Assembly: GCF_001194135.2 (NCBI RefSeq)
Contig: NC_068983.1
Location: 136,284,565 to 136,348,564, forward strand
DNA: 64,000 bases
Origin: Octopus bimaculoides
Lineage: Eukaryota
Direction: 5' to 3'
The position numbers and the translations under genes are program-made. A model generated the notes under the pieces. The model was not told the DNA's origin. It did not search any database and saw only the letters and a program-made list of their open reading frames with translations. Of the stretch, positions 40,731 to 54,640 are shown in pieces. Within the stretch, counting starts at the first letter, position 1. Every line of letters starts with the position of its first letter.

Positions 40731-43700
40731 AGCATCAGGGCATATCGTCAAAGTACAAGACAATAGATGAAGAGAGAGAAGGGACAGAGAATCGAGAACG
40801 GCTGGTTGCCTAGATTCATGAGAGTGACAGCCAGTAGAAATGAAGATAGACATGAATGCAGTGGATAATGAACATGGGTGGAAATGAGGATAATAGTTAA
40901 TCTGTTTGGGGAAAGGTAAGGAAAATAGGCGTTGGTCAGGGAGAAGGTGATAAATGGTGATATATGATAAGTGGGTTGGGTGAAGAACAGCAGCATAATA
41001 AAACCAGAGAGATATGAGAAATAGGAATATGTTGTGAAGTCTGGTGGAGAGAGATGAACAGTGGCAGAGACAAAAGTCAGAGATGTGTAGGGGTGGTTAA
41101 AAAACAAAGAAAAAAAAAGTAAATTTTTGTACTAATGAAACAAATTCACACAGATACACACACATTACTAAAACCAAATACAAACATGCATTAAACACAT
41201 GCACAAATTACCCTTACCAAAATGAAGCATAAAAATACACACACACACACAAGTGCACACACATACAATAACCATTCACATTGTAACGTTAAAATATTAA
41301 CACATGGATATATGTATTAAAATCACACATAACAAATGTATCTATTTCCACATGACACAAAAACAAGTAAACACACAGGAAAGGCAACTAAACTATTAGC
41401 ACTTCATTCCTCTTTTTAAATCTTTGTTATCATTGCTAAACTGACAACAGTAATTCCACTATTTCCAAAATTTCCTTTCCAACTTCAAACAAGTTTTCTC
41501 AGAATCCCTGCTTTTTATGTACTTTATAACATCCATAATATACCCCCCACCTTTCCAACCCTACTCTCTCTCCCTGAACTGTGCCAGTGCACTCATTCAG
41601 TGTACCTGCCTCTCCTTTGATAATTTCTAGTGTTTCATCTCCCAACTTCGCTACTTTGCACTACTTACTTGGCCCAGTAATTCTTCCCAAGAATTGCAAA
41701 CCTTCAAAACCTCTGTCTTGTTCAGATTTTCTCTCCACAAATGAATCTGCAGAATATCAATGCATAAACCTCTTTTAGTCTAAGAAGGTCCTACAATGGC
41801 TATAGAAATTGCACTTCTGTCTAAATAATAGTACATCAGTATTAACATATTAAAAGGTAAAATAAGTGACATGAAGGCGTTATTATTATTGTTATACTAT
41901 GCCAAACCAAATCTCTGAGAGTTCTAGATTTATGAATGTCATTCTAGTTGAGGAAAAGAAGAGAGAGGGAAGGAGAGCTTAAGGTGATGCAAAAGATCAA
42001 AAGGCTTACAACTTAAGATACTAATGGAAGGTTGAAAAGTTTGACCAATGAAAGAGAGTTACATGTTAAGGCAAATCTATAAATCAAGACCAGTGCACTA
42101 AAAAAAAAAAAGGTCAGCTGAGTCCAAAAACTAATAAACTCAAAAGCTTAGGAACATATCTTGAGGATTGTGGCCACATATTTCAAACTACAAATAGAGC
42201 TACTATAACAAATTTGAAAAGGCTATCAAAATCAAGTTCAATCTATTGATATCAAGAAACTGCTGGCCTTACAGTATAGTAACTCTGGAGAGACAGCATC
42301 AACCAAGAAAACTAGAATCTGGGAGGATATATCCTGATGTTAGATGAATAAAATATTGTCTGTATATTTACTTGACGAGAAAGAGGTGAAGTGATTTTGA
42401 TATTAAATGGCAAGACTTAGTGCCTGCAATAGCTATTATGGTATACATTCAGCTCAGTTAACATTACAGTTTACCTAGTTGATGAAAAGATTAATACTAT
42501 TTCCTCCTCTGAGTTATGCTGCTTATATTGGATGTTATGTTAAGTATAAAAATATAAATTTCAAAAGCTTGTACACTAAACTGTCTAATTTAGTAGCAGA
42601 TAATATGGAAAAAATAGATATAGACCTTAAGTAAGTTTTCATGTGTAACTGTATGTAATTAAAGTACAAATACAGTGTAGTTGTGAATATATATCTATAT
42701 AGAAATCAAATAAAATGTTTCTCATTGAAAAATAGACCCTGTGAATAAACCATAGTAGTTTGGGCAGCTAGAAGCAAGCATTGGATCAACTAGTTTTGCC
42801 TCATTTGAGATTTACAATGGATTTCTTACTCTGCCTTCCATATACTGTAATTTAGAAGCATACATTTAGAAGGCAAGGTAAGCAATCCTTAATAAGTTTC
42901 TAAAGAAAGATACAATTAGCCATTTTGAACCTTGCTTCTATCTGTGGTTTATTTTTACAGCAAAAACATACTGTATATGACTTCTACATACAGGTTAAAT
43001 ATATGTATGAGAACTTGTTAAGTCTAGAAACGATTCTTTGTATATTAGTTTTAAAAGAAGACAATTATTTTATCATTTACAAATGAACATCGAGCTAACT
43101 ACTGTTATGTTATTCCCTCAAGGTAACATTTAAAGACATCTTTGTGGAAAAATAAAACCAGCAATTCAAGCACCAGCAATGGTGGTAGTAGAAGTGGTAA
43201 AAACAACTTTCTTGAAAATGTATAAGGAATTACTTGTCAGATTGTAATTAATATTAGCACTGGGGATGTAGAGGATAGAAATATGTCTCCAGATGCATGT
43301 GTGAAAAGATGAAAAATATTTTTGTTTAAAGCATGTCTGTTAATGAAGGTGTTGGAAAAAGTCTCTTTCTTCTGGTTGCTAAAAACTTTTGCTATGGTAC
43401 TGTAAAGCAGTTGTCTGTAGAGTTAAAATTGATAGCATAATTGTAAACAATAAGTTGGATAAATTAAAATTTGAAATGAAGTGACTTGGCAGAAACAGTG
43501 TTAGACTAGAACATGTACTTTTGTCCTATTTCTTAAGTTCAAGTCCTGACAGAATCAGCTTTGCCTTAGGTCCCTTTATAGTTAACAAAATAAGCACTAT
43601 TACTATACTGGGCTTGATTCAATACCAGGGTAATACTTACAAAGTTATAACTTTACATCTACTTAAAAAAAAAGGAAGGTATTGTAATGCTCAGTTCTCA

Positions 43701-46700
43701 ACAAGTCAAATCTGTGATGTAGATTGTAATATATCTAGAATTCACTTCACTTGAATTACTAATACCAAGTACTAATATCTCACAATCATATATTTCCAAA
43801 TAGATAACATTGTTTAACTAGATGTGATCTCAGAATATTTATAATGTTTATGTATAGTTTCTCAAAAGAAACTTAACACGTAAGGTTTAGTAATGCATCA
43901 AAGCACAAAATACTCTAAGAATGGACTAATCTAAAAAATACAGACAGGTAATTACTTACTGTAATTCTTTGAAAAAATAATTTTTTTTTTAAATCTGAAA
44001 ATAGAACCTAACTGAATGAAATTTAACCTGTAAATAACTTTTCCCCTCGAGAAGTTGTTAATTTAAACGAGTCCAATTTGAAAAAGATTTTATTTTGAAG
44101 CAGTTCAATCCTACACAGATTTATTGTTTCTTTTAAGTTTTTTTTCCTTTGCTTTGTATTTCCAATACTCTTGTAATATGATGTGTAGGAAGAATTAACT
44201 TCCATTTTCCAAATTGATAAATATGAAAAATCCAAATAAAATATTTGTGAAAAATGAAAAAAAAAATGTATTTTCAAAATTATTATTGTTATTAATAATA
44301 GTAATAGCCAGTCCATTTCAAAAATATATAATGGAGAACCTCAGTTGTATTTTTACTGATTGTACAGAAAATTAGAAGAATAGTGATTAACTGAGTCAAT
44401 ATGGTCAGGCTATTAATGGAAGGGTTGTCAGCCCTAGGCTGTGTATTCATAGATGAGCTCTTCTTAAATGGACTGGTCCAATTAATTGTAAGCATGTTTA
44501 ATGGAGGAAAGCATTTTTCTTCAAGCAAGAGGAGTGCAGTAGAACTGAATGTTTTTATTAGCACTGACTTCAAATGACCCCCGGAGTATCACTAGATGAT
44601 AGACTGGCGTCATCAAAGTCACTTGCCATGACTGTGTCTCATTGCTATCAGAGAAACACATTGTAATCCAGAAGCAGAAAATGACTTCATCTATTCTTCC
44701 CCACCATCATCCGAACCAATACCAAATCTACCTACCAATTTAATGTACTTTTGATTATCAATACTGGCATTGCCTGAATGATATACAAGGATTCTCTTTC
44801 TTTACTAGCTACCTAGTTTATTATTAGATTAAATATCCACTTTTTCCCAGTCAGCTTTATTCTTCTATCTAATTACTTCCTGTCTCTTGTTAGTCCATGT
44901 TTCTTTTGTCATTGATGATTATTTGTTTAAGGTTGCTTTTTTATTCTTTGATGGAGAAAGCCTTACACATTGTTTTACTCACAATACATCAACATATCTC
45001 GTTTTCTTCATTTTTGTTTTTAATAAATTGTCATGTACAGGCCAGTATTAAATAAAATGTGCAATACAGGCCAGTATTAGTCTCCTCAAATTCTAGTGAT
45101 TATCTGAGAAAAACAACTATCCTTCTAAGATTCCACAACCCACCCAAACTTTTAAAATTAATTAAATCTTTTAATAGTTTTGAAATGTGTTTGAATAGAA
45201 TTTACAATGGCTATCATTGATAATAAACAAAATTAAAAAGGAAAATTTCATTAGCTTACTTATTGTTGATTAACACAAGCACATTTACAAATTGGTCCAT
45301 CAGCACACCATTGATTGGGTGGAGATTATCATTATTATTATAGTTAACACTGAGAAATAAAATGAAACCTATTATGGCTGAAGCAATTTTGGCACAAGTA
45401 CAATTGGTAGAATTGGATTTATGGGTATATATGAAGATAGCTTTCTCTTTGTTTCTTTATCTAAGCGACTTTTATATTGACCATGAATATGTATATGATC
45501 ATAATTAGTATGAAGTCATTAAAATGTTCAGAGCTTCACACTAGTCTCCACTACTAGGTCAGTGAGATTGTCATTGTTTGTCAGTTTCTCTTTCCAATTT
45601 TCTCTGTATTCTTTCTCTCTCACCCCATAAAGTCAGGGATATTTATAGAAGGAATGTTGCAACAATAAATTGGTGAGGAATTGTTGCATATTTTGTTTTG
45701 GGCTTCAGGCATTCCTAGACAAATCCATAAAGTTGATTAGAATGTTATTATTTATAATAAATGTACTCAACTTCTTATGAAACAACCATATTTTTCACAC
45801 AATCAAATTACTACTATTATGTCGATGCATGTTAAATCATGGCAGTTTTTTTCCAAAACCATATTTACTGTAACATCACCAAATATTCAATGTAAGCAAC
45901 TTTCCACTCTTTAAGCTTGATAATTGGAAACTAAAAGATTCATTATTTTCTTCAAATAAATTTATTAAATATATTGTAATATTTTTGCAAATGCTCAATT
46001 TTTAAGCCTTTTCAATTATAACAAGCTATGAAATGCATCACCTGTTTTACATTGCATAAAGTTCACACCTTCTTACATAATACATCATTGGCTGTTTTTT
46101 TTTTTCTTCCTCTTTTTAAATATTAGCATGTTACACCACAATACTGAAGTTTAGCATACCATAGTACTGAAGTTGTTTACTGAATGAAGCATTTAATTAA
46201 TGTTCTTAAATATAGCCAACTCATCTTTATTGTGCACATTCTTTAAGATTTATAACCTAAGGCATGAGATTCCCAGTTAGTTGATAGGGATTTTGTTGAG
46301 CAATGCTCTATCAAGCAGGTTAAAGCCTACATTGAAGCTTCTGTTGTCATGCTAACACCATTGGTTTTTCATCCAAATGCTGGTTAAGATTTTAGTGAAC
46401 TGTTTTCCCAGTCTGGAAATGATTTGAAATGAAGTTATTTCAATTATGTCCCTAACAAGCTTTAGAAACAACATTAATGATACAGTTTGCTTCTCTTTTT
46501 CAAAGTTCCAAGCTTCATAGACATGTAAAAAAAAAAAATCGATATCATATTAGAAGCTACTGCAAGATTTTTACAACTATTTAAAAAAATTAATTTATCA
46601 AATAATTTGTGCAACCTCTACTTATCTATAGGCATTTATATAATAGAGCAGAATAGCATGTTTAAATTCTCAGTTTACCAAATTAAATTCTGATGTTTGT

Positions 46701-48548
46701 ATAACATTTTAGCAAATGGCAATAAAGAGAATTTTCTATTTTTAATAATGAATTATGAGAAGGAATGAAAGAAGAGGATTTTGATTTTGTATTTTGATTC
46801 TACACTCACTTGTATAGAATAGGTATAGAATGTCTTCCTCTTTTCCCTTTATTCAACATGAGTTGTTTTATTTTCTTACAAATAAACTCTATATCCAAAT
46901 TGCATAGAATCAAATGTTGTGCAAATCTACTGTGGAGTCAACAAAAGAACAAGAAGGTTAGTTGTGTAGCAATAGAAGAAGCAATAGTTGTAACAGTATT
47001 GCTGATGATGTTGACAACAATACAGACAGTGTTAGTAATAGTTGTATAGATGATTAATATAATGATATTAAATATAGCGACGATGATTCTCACATTTGTA
47101 CAAGGTTACAAATTCACAGAAGAGTAGTATAAGGTTGATACTTGCTTTATCTCTGGTAATCCAGAGAAATTGTCATTGCAGGATCTGAATCAGAACATAA
47201 TGGAATGGAAGAAAACACTATTAAGTATTTAATTAAAATCCTATATCATTTTGCCTAATGATAATAATAATGGCAAAGAGAAGGAAGTTAGCTATGACAA
47301 GCGTACAAATGTCATTTTAAACATATCTCTATAATAAAAATGTTATTTCTAAGTTTATTGGAAGCTGCACAGATAGTTCAAGTTATATGCACCCATAGGC
47401 TATATATTGTGGAGATATCCCCTATAAGACAAGATATAAAAATTCAACATACATAAATCTAAGGAATTAGCAATGTGTGACAGCAAAATTTGATTAATTA
47501 CAATTCTAAGGTACTGAAAATCAAACTCAGTAATTGAAATAAGATGACAACAGAATATAAATTATAAAAAAATATAAATGAAATAAAATAGAATATAAAA
47601 AAGAAACGAATTATTTTATTAGATCATGTAATCAACACCTTATTGGAAGAGATTCTGGAAGAAAATCTGGATCGGATACAATGTTAATTAATTTCTATTC
47701 CATACAAATTAAGCAAAAATACTAAAGAGTTGAAATTTTAAGGGAGAACTTAACCTTTAAACACACTGGATGATTATAATGTTTTAATGTATTTTGGTCC
47801 AATATTTAATTAACTTACAAATGGAAGTTATTTGTGTTGTAAATTATATTTAACATATATTTACAGGAAAATATGAGTAAATCATTTTACTGTTTCATCT
47901 TTAGATCAAATTTCTCTACCATCTGCAACTATTTATATATTCAACATATAATACATTCCTTTTAGCACTAAATTAAAACTAATCTATCCTCTGTCTATAT
48001 AGAAAGAGGAGACGACTGATGTAACAGAAATGGTAGAGCTTTACATGTGTTAAGAATTGTCTGAATATGCCCTTCAAAAATTTACTTAGGTTTCAGTCCA
48101 TCTCAGTTTGAAAGATTCCAACCAGACAAGAGGTAACATGGTTGTAGAATGGTGTGATAGAGATATAAAAACTAAAAGATATGTCTGGAAAGAATAGAAG
48201 AAAGTGAGGAAGAGACAATATCAGGTAACTAGAAGATAGATTAGATGTCAGGTATAGTGAACAAAGAGAGAAGTAGAATATAAAAAGATTATCAATGTTC
48301 TGTGACATAAGGTTTAAAGTGTGATGGATACCAGATTGTAAAGCAGTGTGCTGGTTGAATTAGGATGTCATTGACAAGTGTGGACATAATGATAGCTGTG
48401 AACTTGCCATTACTGATGCTGCTTATAATGAGGAACAGAAATGCTATCATGAGAGGTTGTTGAATGTGTGTGAGAGAGGGAAAGACTACACCCACCAGGC
48501 TACTGAAATTGACAGCAATGTGGTCAGGATGACAAATAAGGATATGAA

Positions 48549-48590
48549 GTCAAGGAAATTAGCTGGACCGTCAAGGAAATTAGCTGGACC
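48549..48590. repeat. Perfect 21-bp tandem duplication
   Basis: gtcaaggaaattagctggacc x2. Confidence 0.95.
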
Positions 48591-48659
48591 ATCAAGGCTA
48601 GTTTCTAAAATGCTGAAAATACTCAGTGAAATGTCATGCACTAACTATTCACTTGAAAA

Positions 48660-49745
48660 AGTACAGGGAAGAATCATTCCCAATGACTGACATAATAGTA
48701 TTATCTGCTGCTACAAGGGCCAAGAAGTAATTGCAGAGGTGTCAAATGAAGGACTAGGTAATGAGAGTAACAGAAAGAGTTATAGCATAATTAATTAAGA
48801 TAAAAAATTAGCTTAGATGGGATAGTTTAGGTTTGTAACAGGACAGAATACCACTATACAAACTTAATAGTGAAACAACTACAAGAAAAGTTTTTAGCAA
48901 AGAGCAAGCCACTTATCTAGCATTCATGACATGGAGGAAGCCTTTGACTATGAACCATGCTCTACAGTGTAGTGACTGCTGAGAAAATTGTGTGTACATG
49001 AAGTGCCATGACAGTCATACAGTAATACTAACTGGCAAATAAAGAGTAATCAATGAGTTCAGTAAGAAATTTAGCAAGCAAGCAAGGGTCCATTAGGCTC
49101 TGTTTTTAGCCTCCTCCTGTGTATAACAGTTCTCTAGGCCAAAACAGAAGAACTTAGAACCAACTGTCTGTCAACTGATAGCCTAGTTCTCACAGCTGAA
49201 TCTGTTGAAAAGTCAAGAAATAATTCCAAATGTGGAACCAAAACCTAATTTCATAGGGTTTTAAAATAAAACTAAAGTAAGAAAAAAGTTTTAGTTAGCA
49301 GGAAAGAAGACAGGATTTTACTGCCATCAACTAAGTAGCAATGCTTGACATGCAGAAAAGAAATTGGCAGAAACGTCATATGATGTATCCAATGTAAACT
49401 ATAAGCGTACAAGCAATACAGTGGGATCACAAGCAAGCTGATAAGGAAGAAAAATTACACACAGCAAGTACACAAAGTAATTAGCAGTAACAGCACCTAT
49501 AAAGTAACTTTTTACAAATGCTTTGAGGGCTCCCAAGAAGTAGTTGATAGCTTCTGTAACATATGTGGCTGAATTAGCTGAAAGCACTAGAGTAAAAATG
49601 AGTTGATAGAAAAACTAGGTATAAGAGTAATCAGGAATACTGTAATAGAGAGAAGATTAAGGTGGTGTAGACATACAAGGCACAAGTAATCCAAGTGGGA
49701 GCAGAAGAGGGCAACTAAGGAAAACATGGAAGAAGTGGTGAAATA
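48660..49745 (+). mobile_element. Degenerate RTE-clade LINE fragment (RT domain to 3' end)
   Basis: Frameshifted motifs in the correct order: IVKQLQEKFLAKSKPL..AFxDMEEAFD (like KPLYLAFVDLEKAFD), a GVHQGSVLSPLLF-like stretch (gggtccattaggctctgtttttagcctcctcc), EVVDSFC, ELIEKLGIRVIRNTVIERRLRWCRH, and a GRPRKTW-like terminus. Confidence 0.85.
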
Positions 49746-52700
49746 TATATTTTTATATAATGTTAGACATTATAAGTATCACTTTAAAGCAAAAGCAATT
49801 TGTAATACATCTGTATGTATATGTGTGTGCGCATGCACACAAGCATGTAAAGGTAAACGTTAAGATGCTGATGGTGGTGGTGGTGTTGGTGGCAGTGGTG
49901 GAGCTGTATATGTTTGTAGGTAGTGATATATAAACTACCATCCAACTACATCCTCTGCTGTAGGAGTGATAGCATTTCCTGCACCTTTCTCCATCCCAAA
50001 TTACCGTGACATCCTGTCCTGAATTTTTATGCAATTACTTCAAAGATTAGGATGAAGAAAGCTATACTGTGCCTATCTAAACTGAATTCTTAACTGACTG
50101 AGCTGGCAATGTGATCCTCAATATGAGCATCCTCAAACACAATTGAAATCATCCTCATCATCATTATTTAGTGCCTGTTTTCTATGCTGGCATGGGTTGG
50201 ATGGCTTGACTGAAAACTGGTAAGCTGGAAACAAAGCCTTCACTAGTTTGGGAAAATAAAATAAAAATCTAGAGATATAGTTATTTCAACATTACTTTTA
50301 CTATAACTTCTTACATAACTGTATATGTTATAGCAGTTAACAATGCTGCTACATTACAGTATTGTTATTCTTATCCATATCATTATACATAACTTTCCCA
50401 TATAAATTCTGATTAGTTATTTCCTTTTGATACCAGTCCTTTTGAAATTTCTTTTATTAAATATGACAGATCAGTTTTAAATTAAAATCATAATCAAAAT
50501 CTCATAACATGAGATTTTAAATTAGCAACATAAAACATGATATGTAACTGAGTTATAGACAGTTTATTAAATCACTCAAAAGTTTTTTTTTTATACTGAA
50601 AACTAATTAAAACATTTAAGCAGTTTACTTGGAAATATATCTATGAAAGAGTTGAGTGGGTGGATGACTGATTAGTGTGACATGAATCCATTCTGATGCT
50701 TTCAGCAGCCTATCAACTGTCCTTGAAAGTCCTCTCATTTATATAATCTTTATTGCTACCATCTGTAGCTATTGGTTCCACTGGGTCTCATACTTTTGTG
50801 TCAAATGTAGATTTCTCTTCACTAGCAATTATTCTGAGATAAAAATAATTTCACATTCTAAATATAGATTTATAATAAGGAATTTAATCAAATTTATTTT
50901 TATATCTAATAGATGTAAAATTTAAAATTCCATTTAAAAATATAAAACAAGCAAAGAAGCAGTTACTGATATTAATTGCTCTTCTTTTCTGTATGAAATG
51001 AGTTCTTATCCATGGTTGGTATTTTGTAGTATCTCTAGGCAAGCAATTCACTCACCATTGCCTCATTTTATTAGTGTCATGTATCTTATCTAAAGAAAGA
51101 TTGATTTTTCATCTACTTAACAGTGCAGAAACTTCAGTTAAATGCTTTGTGGTTTGTGAAAGGATTAATTAACTAACGGATTATGTGGGACAGCTATTCT
51201 AATGGATTGTGGGGTGAGCAAGGGTCTTGCTACAACACACACATAAACACATGTGCACGCACACACACAATGTTATCAGATTGCTTTAAATCAATTCTTT
51301 CTCATTCCTATGTGTATCAATGTTTGCTTCTTTTGAAAAAGAAAAAAAAAAAAATTCAGTAAATCATGGCACTCTCTCCATTCTATTGTACATGTAAATA
51401 TGGAACACTAAACAAATTTGCATAACATCTTATCACTAGAGCTGTAAATATTCACTATATTGCTTTGTTGTTATTATCTGTACTACCAAGACAAAACAAC
51501 AATGCACCATATGCACAGAAATGTCTTAAAATGAATGAAAAAACATGTACGGAGAAAGAGAAAATGTGCAAATGCAGTAATAGATTTATTGAACTGCTTA
51601 AGTTTATTTAACTGTTGTAAAAATAATATTGACAAGAGTTGAAATTATACAAAACCTTCATTATTTCAGATTGCAGGTTTCTGAGTTACATTATTAGTAT
51701 AAGTAATTGATTTTCTTTCTTTTATCTTTCTCCTTTCATCTTTTTCTTCATTTTACATCTGTTGTTTCATTCATTTATAAGGCTGGATAGATGTGTATTT
51801 CTTGGAATAGATGTGTTCGTGACTCAATAACCTCAGTTTTCCATCAGCTGTTGTGAAGAACTTTTATCTTAGATCAATATATTAGAATAGATTTTGTTTT
51901 TACAAAAAGGTGGGTTTAAATATTTCTATGACACAGAGATAAATAATTGGGACATTGGTTTGGTGTGTACCACGGATACTAATGAAACCAGTAGCCATTG
52001 ACAGAGCTTCAGTCCAATCCTGCAAACTAATAAAGCACTAATTATACAGAGGTTTTACTACTCATAATGATGAGATGTGCAACTCCTTCACTGTAATACT
52101 ATTTACACTTATGTAGACTGAATCAGGAACAATTAAGAATCTTGGCCAGAAATGTCTGCACCTTGCCTATGAACATGACATAATGCTAATGAAAGCTTTA
52201 AACATGTAAACTTTGTTATGAATACTGCATTGTAGATATCAACTTTGAAATCTGAAACATGAATAACACCAAGGAAAGTAATGTTTGGGAAGGAATAACA
52301 ATTCTTGTTTCAAATCCCAACTTATTGCATCTGTAACTGACCCTCACCAATACTGTCCTCTAATTATTGTTCTTTGTTTCCATGTCTCTGTAAAACTGAA
52401 GTTCACTGTGACATCTCCAGTTAGTTTCAAGAGACATGAAAACTTACGAGAGTAGATCTTGTCTTTCAATGGATTCGTACTTAGGTTAAGCACCTTGGTC
52501 AAAGAGACGTGAACATGTAGGGGATATAAAATAACTTATGACTCATAAGCTGACATTTGAACTGTCCCTCCTTTTTCTCAATGTAATTTCTTGTGAATGT
52601 ATAGTGCTGGGGAGAAAGAGACGTTTGGTTGGATTGGATGTCAATTGAGTCACTCAGCATCAGATGGAAGAGACATCAAACATGTCGCTTGCACAGCTCA

Positions 52701-54444
52701 AAAAATCTACTGACATACAGATATATTCAGTTAGATTGAAACATCCTTCACTGAGGAGTCTACATGCATGCACATATGCACACACACAGAGGCATACACT
52801 GATACGTGATATGTGCACGTGCAGACACACACACAAAGAAGAAGAAGAGGAAGCAGTTGTAATAGACTCTATGGCATGATGCGCTGCTATACCTGAGGAT
52901 AATGAGCAATGCACTGTTTTGTTTCTTCATCCTTGTGTAAAAAGGTAATATGGAATGCTAATATGATATTTTTACTGTCAAAACTACCAGTAAAGTGACT
53001 CATGACCAGGAGACTGGAATGAATGTAACTTTAGTAAGCAACAACAATAACAACGACTTACACAATATGCACAGCTACTTGCAGGTGGGAGTAGAAAGGA
53101 AATTTGAAGAATTTCTTTTGAGCTAATCTAAGAGTTGAAGGTTTGGAACAAATATGTATTAAGCAAATATGTATTAAGAAAAGAGAAGACAAATGCTTAG
53201 TCAGCAGAAATGGTACAGGGCTGAGCTAAATTCTGTTATTTAGTTTTGTTTATCTATATTGTAAGTTCATATTCCACCAAAGTTGTCTTAGTCTTTTATG
53301 CTTCAGTAATTAAGTTCCAGTAGTATACTAGAATTGAGTTAATTGGTATAAAAGACAACATTCACGGACATATGGACTGCGACTTCAAATTCACTGCAGG
53401 CATTTTGTTGTGTTTCGGGATAAGCTATTTTATTCTTAATACCTGTTTATTCAGCAATTGGGAATAAATATCATAGGTGAGAGGATCTTATTCAAGAAAG
53501 ATTTCTTGGATAGGGAAACAATTCATCTCTCATCTACTTTAAACTATGAAGTTGGAATTAAACACTAAATTTCAAGTATATCTTGGGGTTTAAGGAAAAA
53601 AATGAATCAATCAAGTATATGCCTCGTTATGAAATTGGGCTTGTGCCAGTCCCCCTCTCTTGTCACACATAGAGCCCCTTCTCAGATCTTGTACTAACCA
53701 CTATTACCAATCCTTTCTCCTCAGAACATAGTATCTTTGGAATTTCCTACTTGCACATTTTTTTCCTGCAATTGTTCAAGAGAAACATCAACACATTAAT
53801 TGTACGAATCTCAGAGAATCTACAAAGGCCAAGGGTACAGCTCCTTCTTCCAAATAAGTCCAATACAATACAGAAAGATATTTTGCCTTCAGTCATTATC
53901 TTTATTTGAAGATGATTGTTGTTAGCCTTGACCGAGCAAAGGCATTTCTTTGCTTTTTGTATATCTAGCACATTAGTGTATCCTTCATTTTTTTAAAGAT
54001 GGTAGTGTTATTTGAAAGAAATTTAACTGCTATTTCTAGGAAACTGAACAATTGTGTAGAAGCTTACTCACTGGCTCATTATCATATTGAATGCTTAAAA
54101 CAGATATGAATTTTTAACAACCCACTTTTAATTACTGGGTGTAGTCATTTCATTTCCCTTGTGTCACTAGTGCTTTTAAGAAAGACAGTAATACAGCATG
54201 ATTTTCCTTTCCATTGGACTATTCATAGATAGAAGATATGGACACTCAATAAAAATGTCAGTTATGTAGTTTCCATACAATTATTTGATGTGCTAGATAT
54301 AGCAACCAAATGCTCATCAACAAATTCATAATCATCTTTAACATAAAGACCATACATTAAAAAGATGGCTATTCAAATTTAACAATTCATTAATAACTAT
54401 CCCAAAGTTGACTTTGATTACTTAACAACAAAATAATAATAATT

Positions 54445-54640
54445 CTTTCTACTATAGGGACAAGGTCTGGAATTTTGAGGAAGGTGGCTAGTTGCTTACA
54501 TTGACAAACTCAACTGCTAGTTATTTTATTGACCCTGAAAGGATGAAAGGCTAAGTCAACCTCAGTGGAATTTGAACTCAGAATATAAAGTGGGAAAAAA
54601 TACTGCTAAGAATTTTGTCCAGCATGCTAACAATTCTGCT
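54445..54640 (-). mobile_element. tRNA-headed SINE, same family as 63715
   Basis: gaccctgaaaggatgaaaggctaagtcaacctcagtggaatttgaactcagaat...ttttgtccagcatgctaacaattctgc. Confidence 0.75.

Noticed and set aside
46150-46500. Possible hAT-like transposase C-terminus on minus strand (HDNRSFNVGFN vs HGNAxVERGFS)
   Set aside because: Similarity is too weak and interrupted by stops to support without a profile search.
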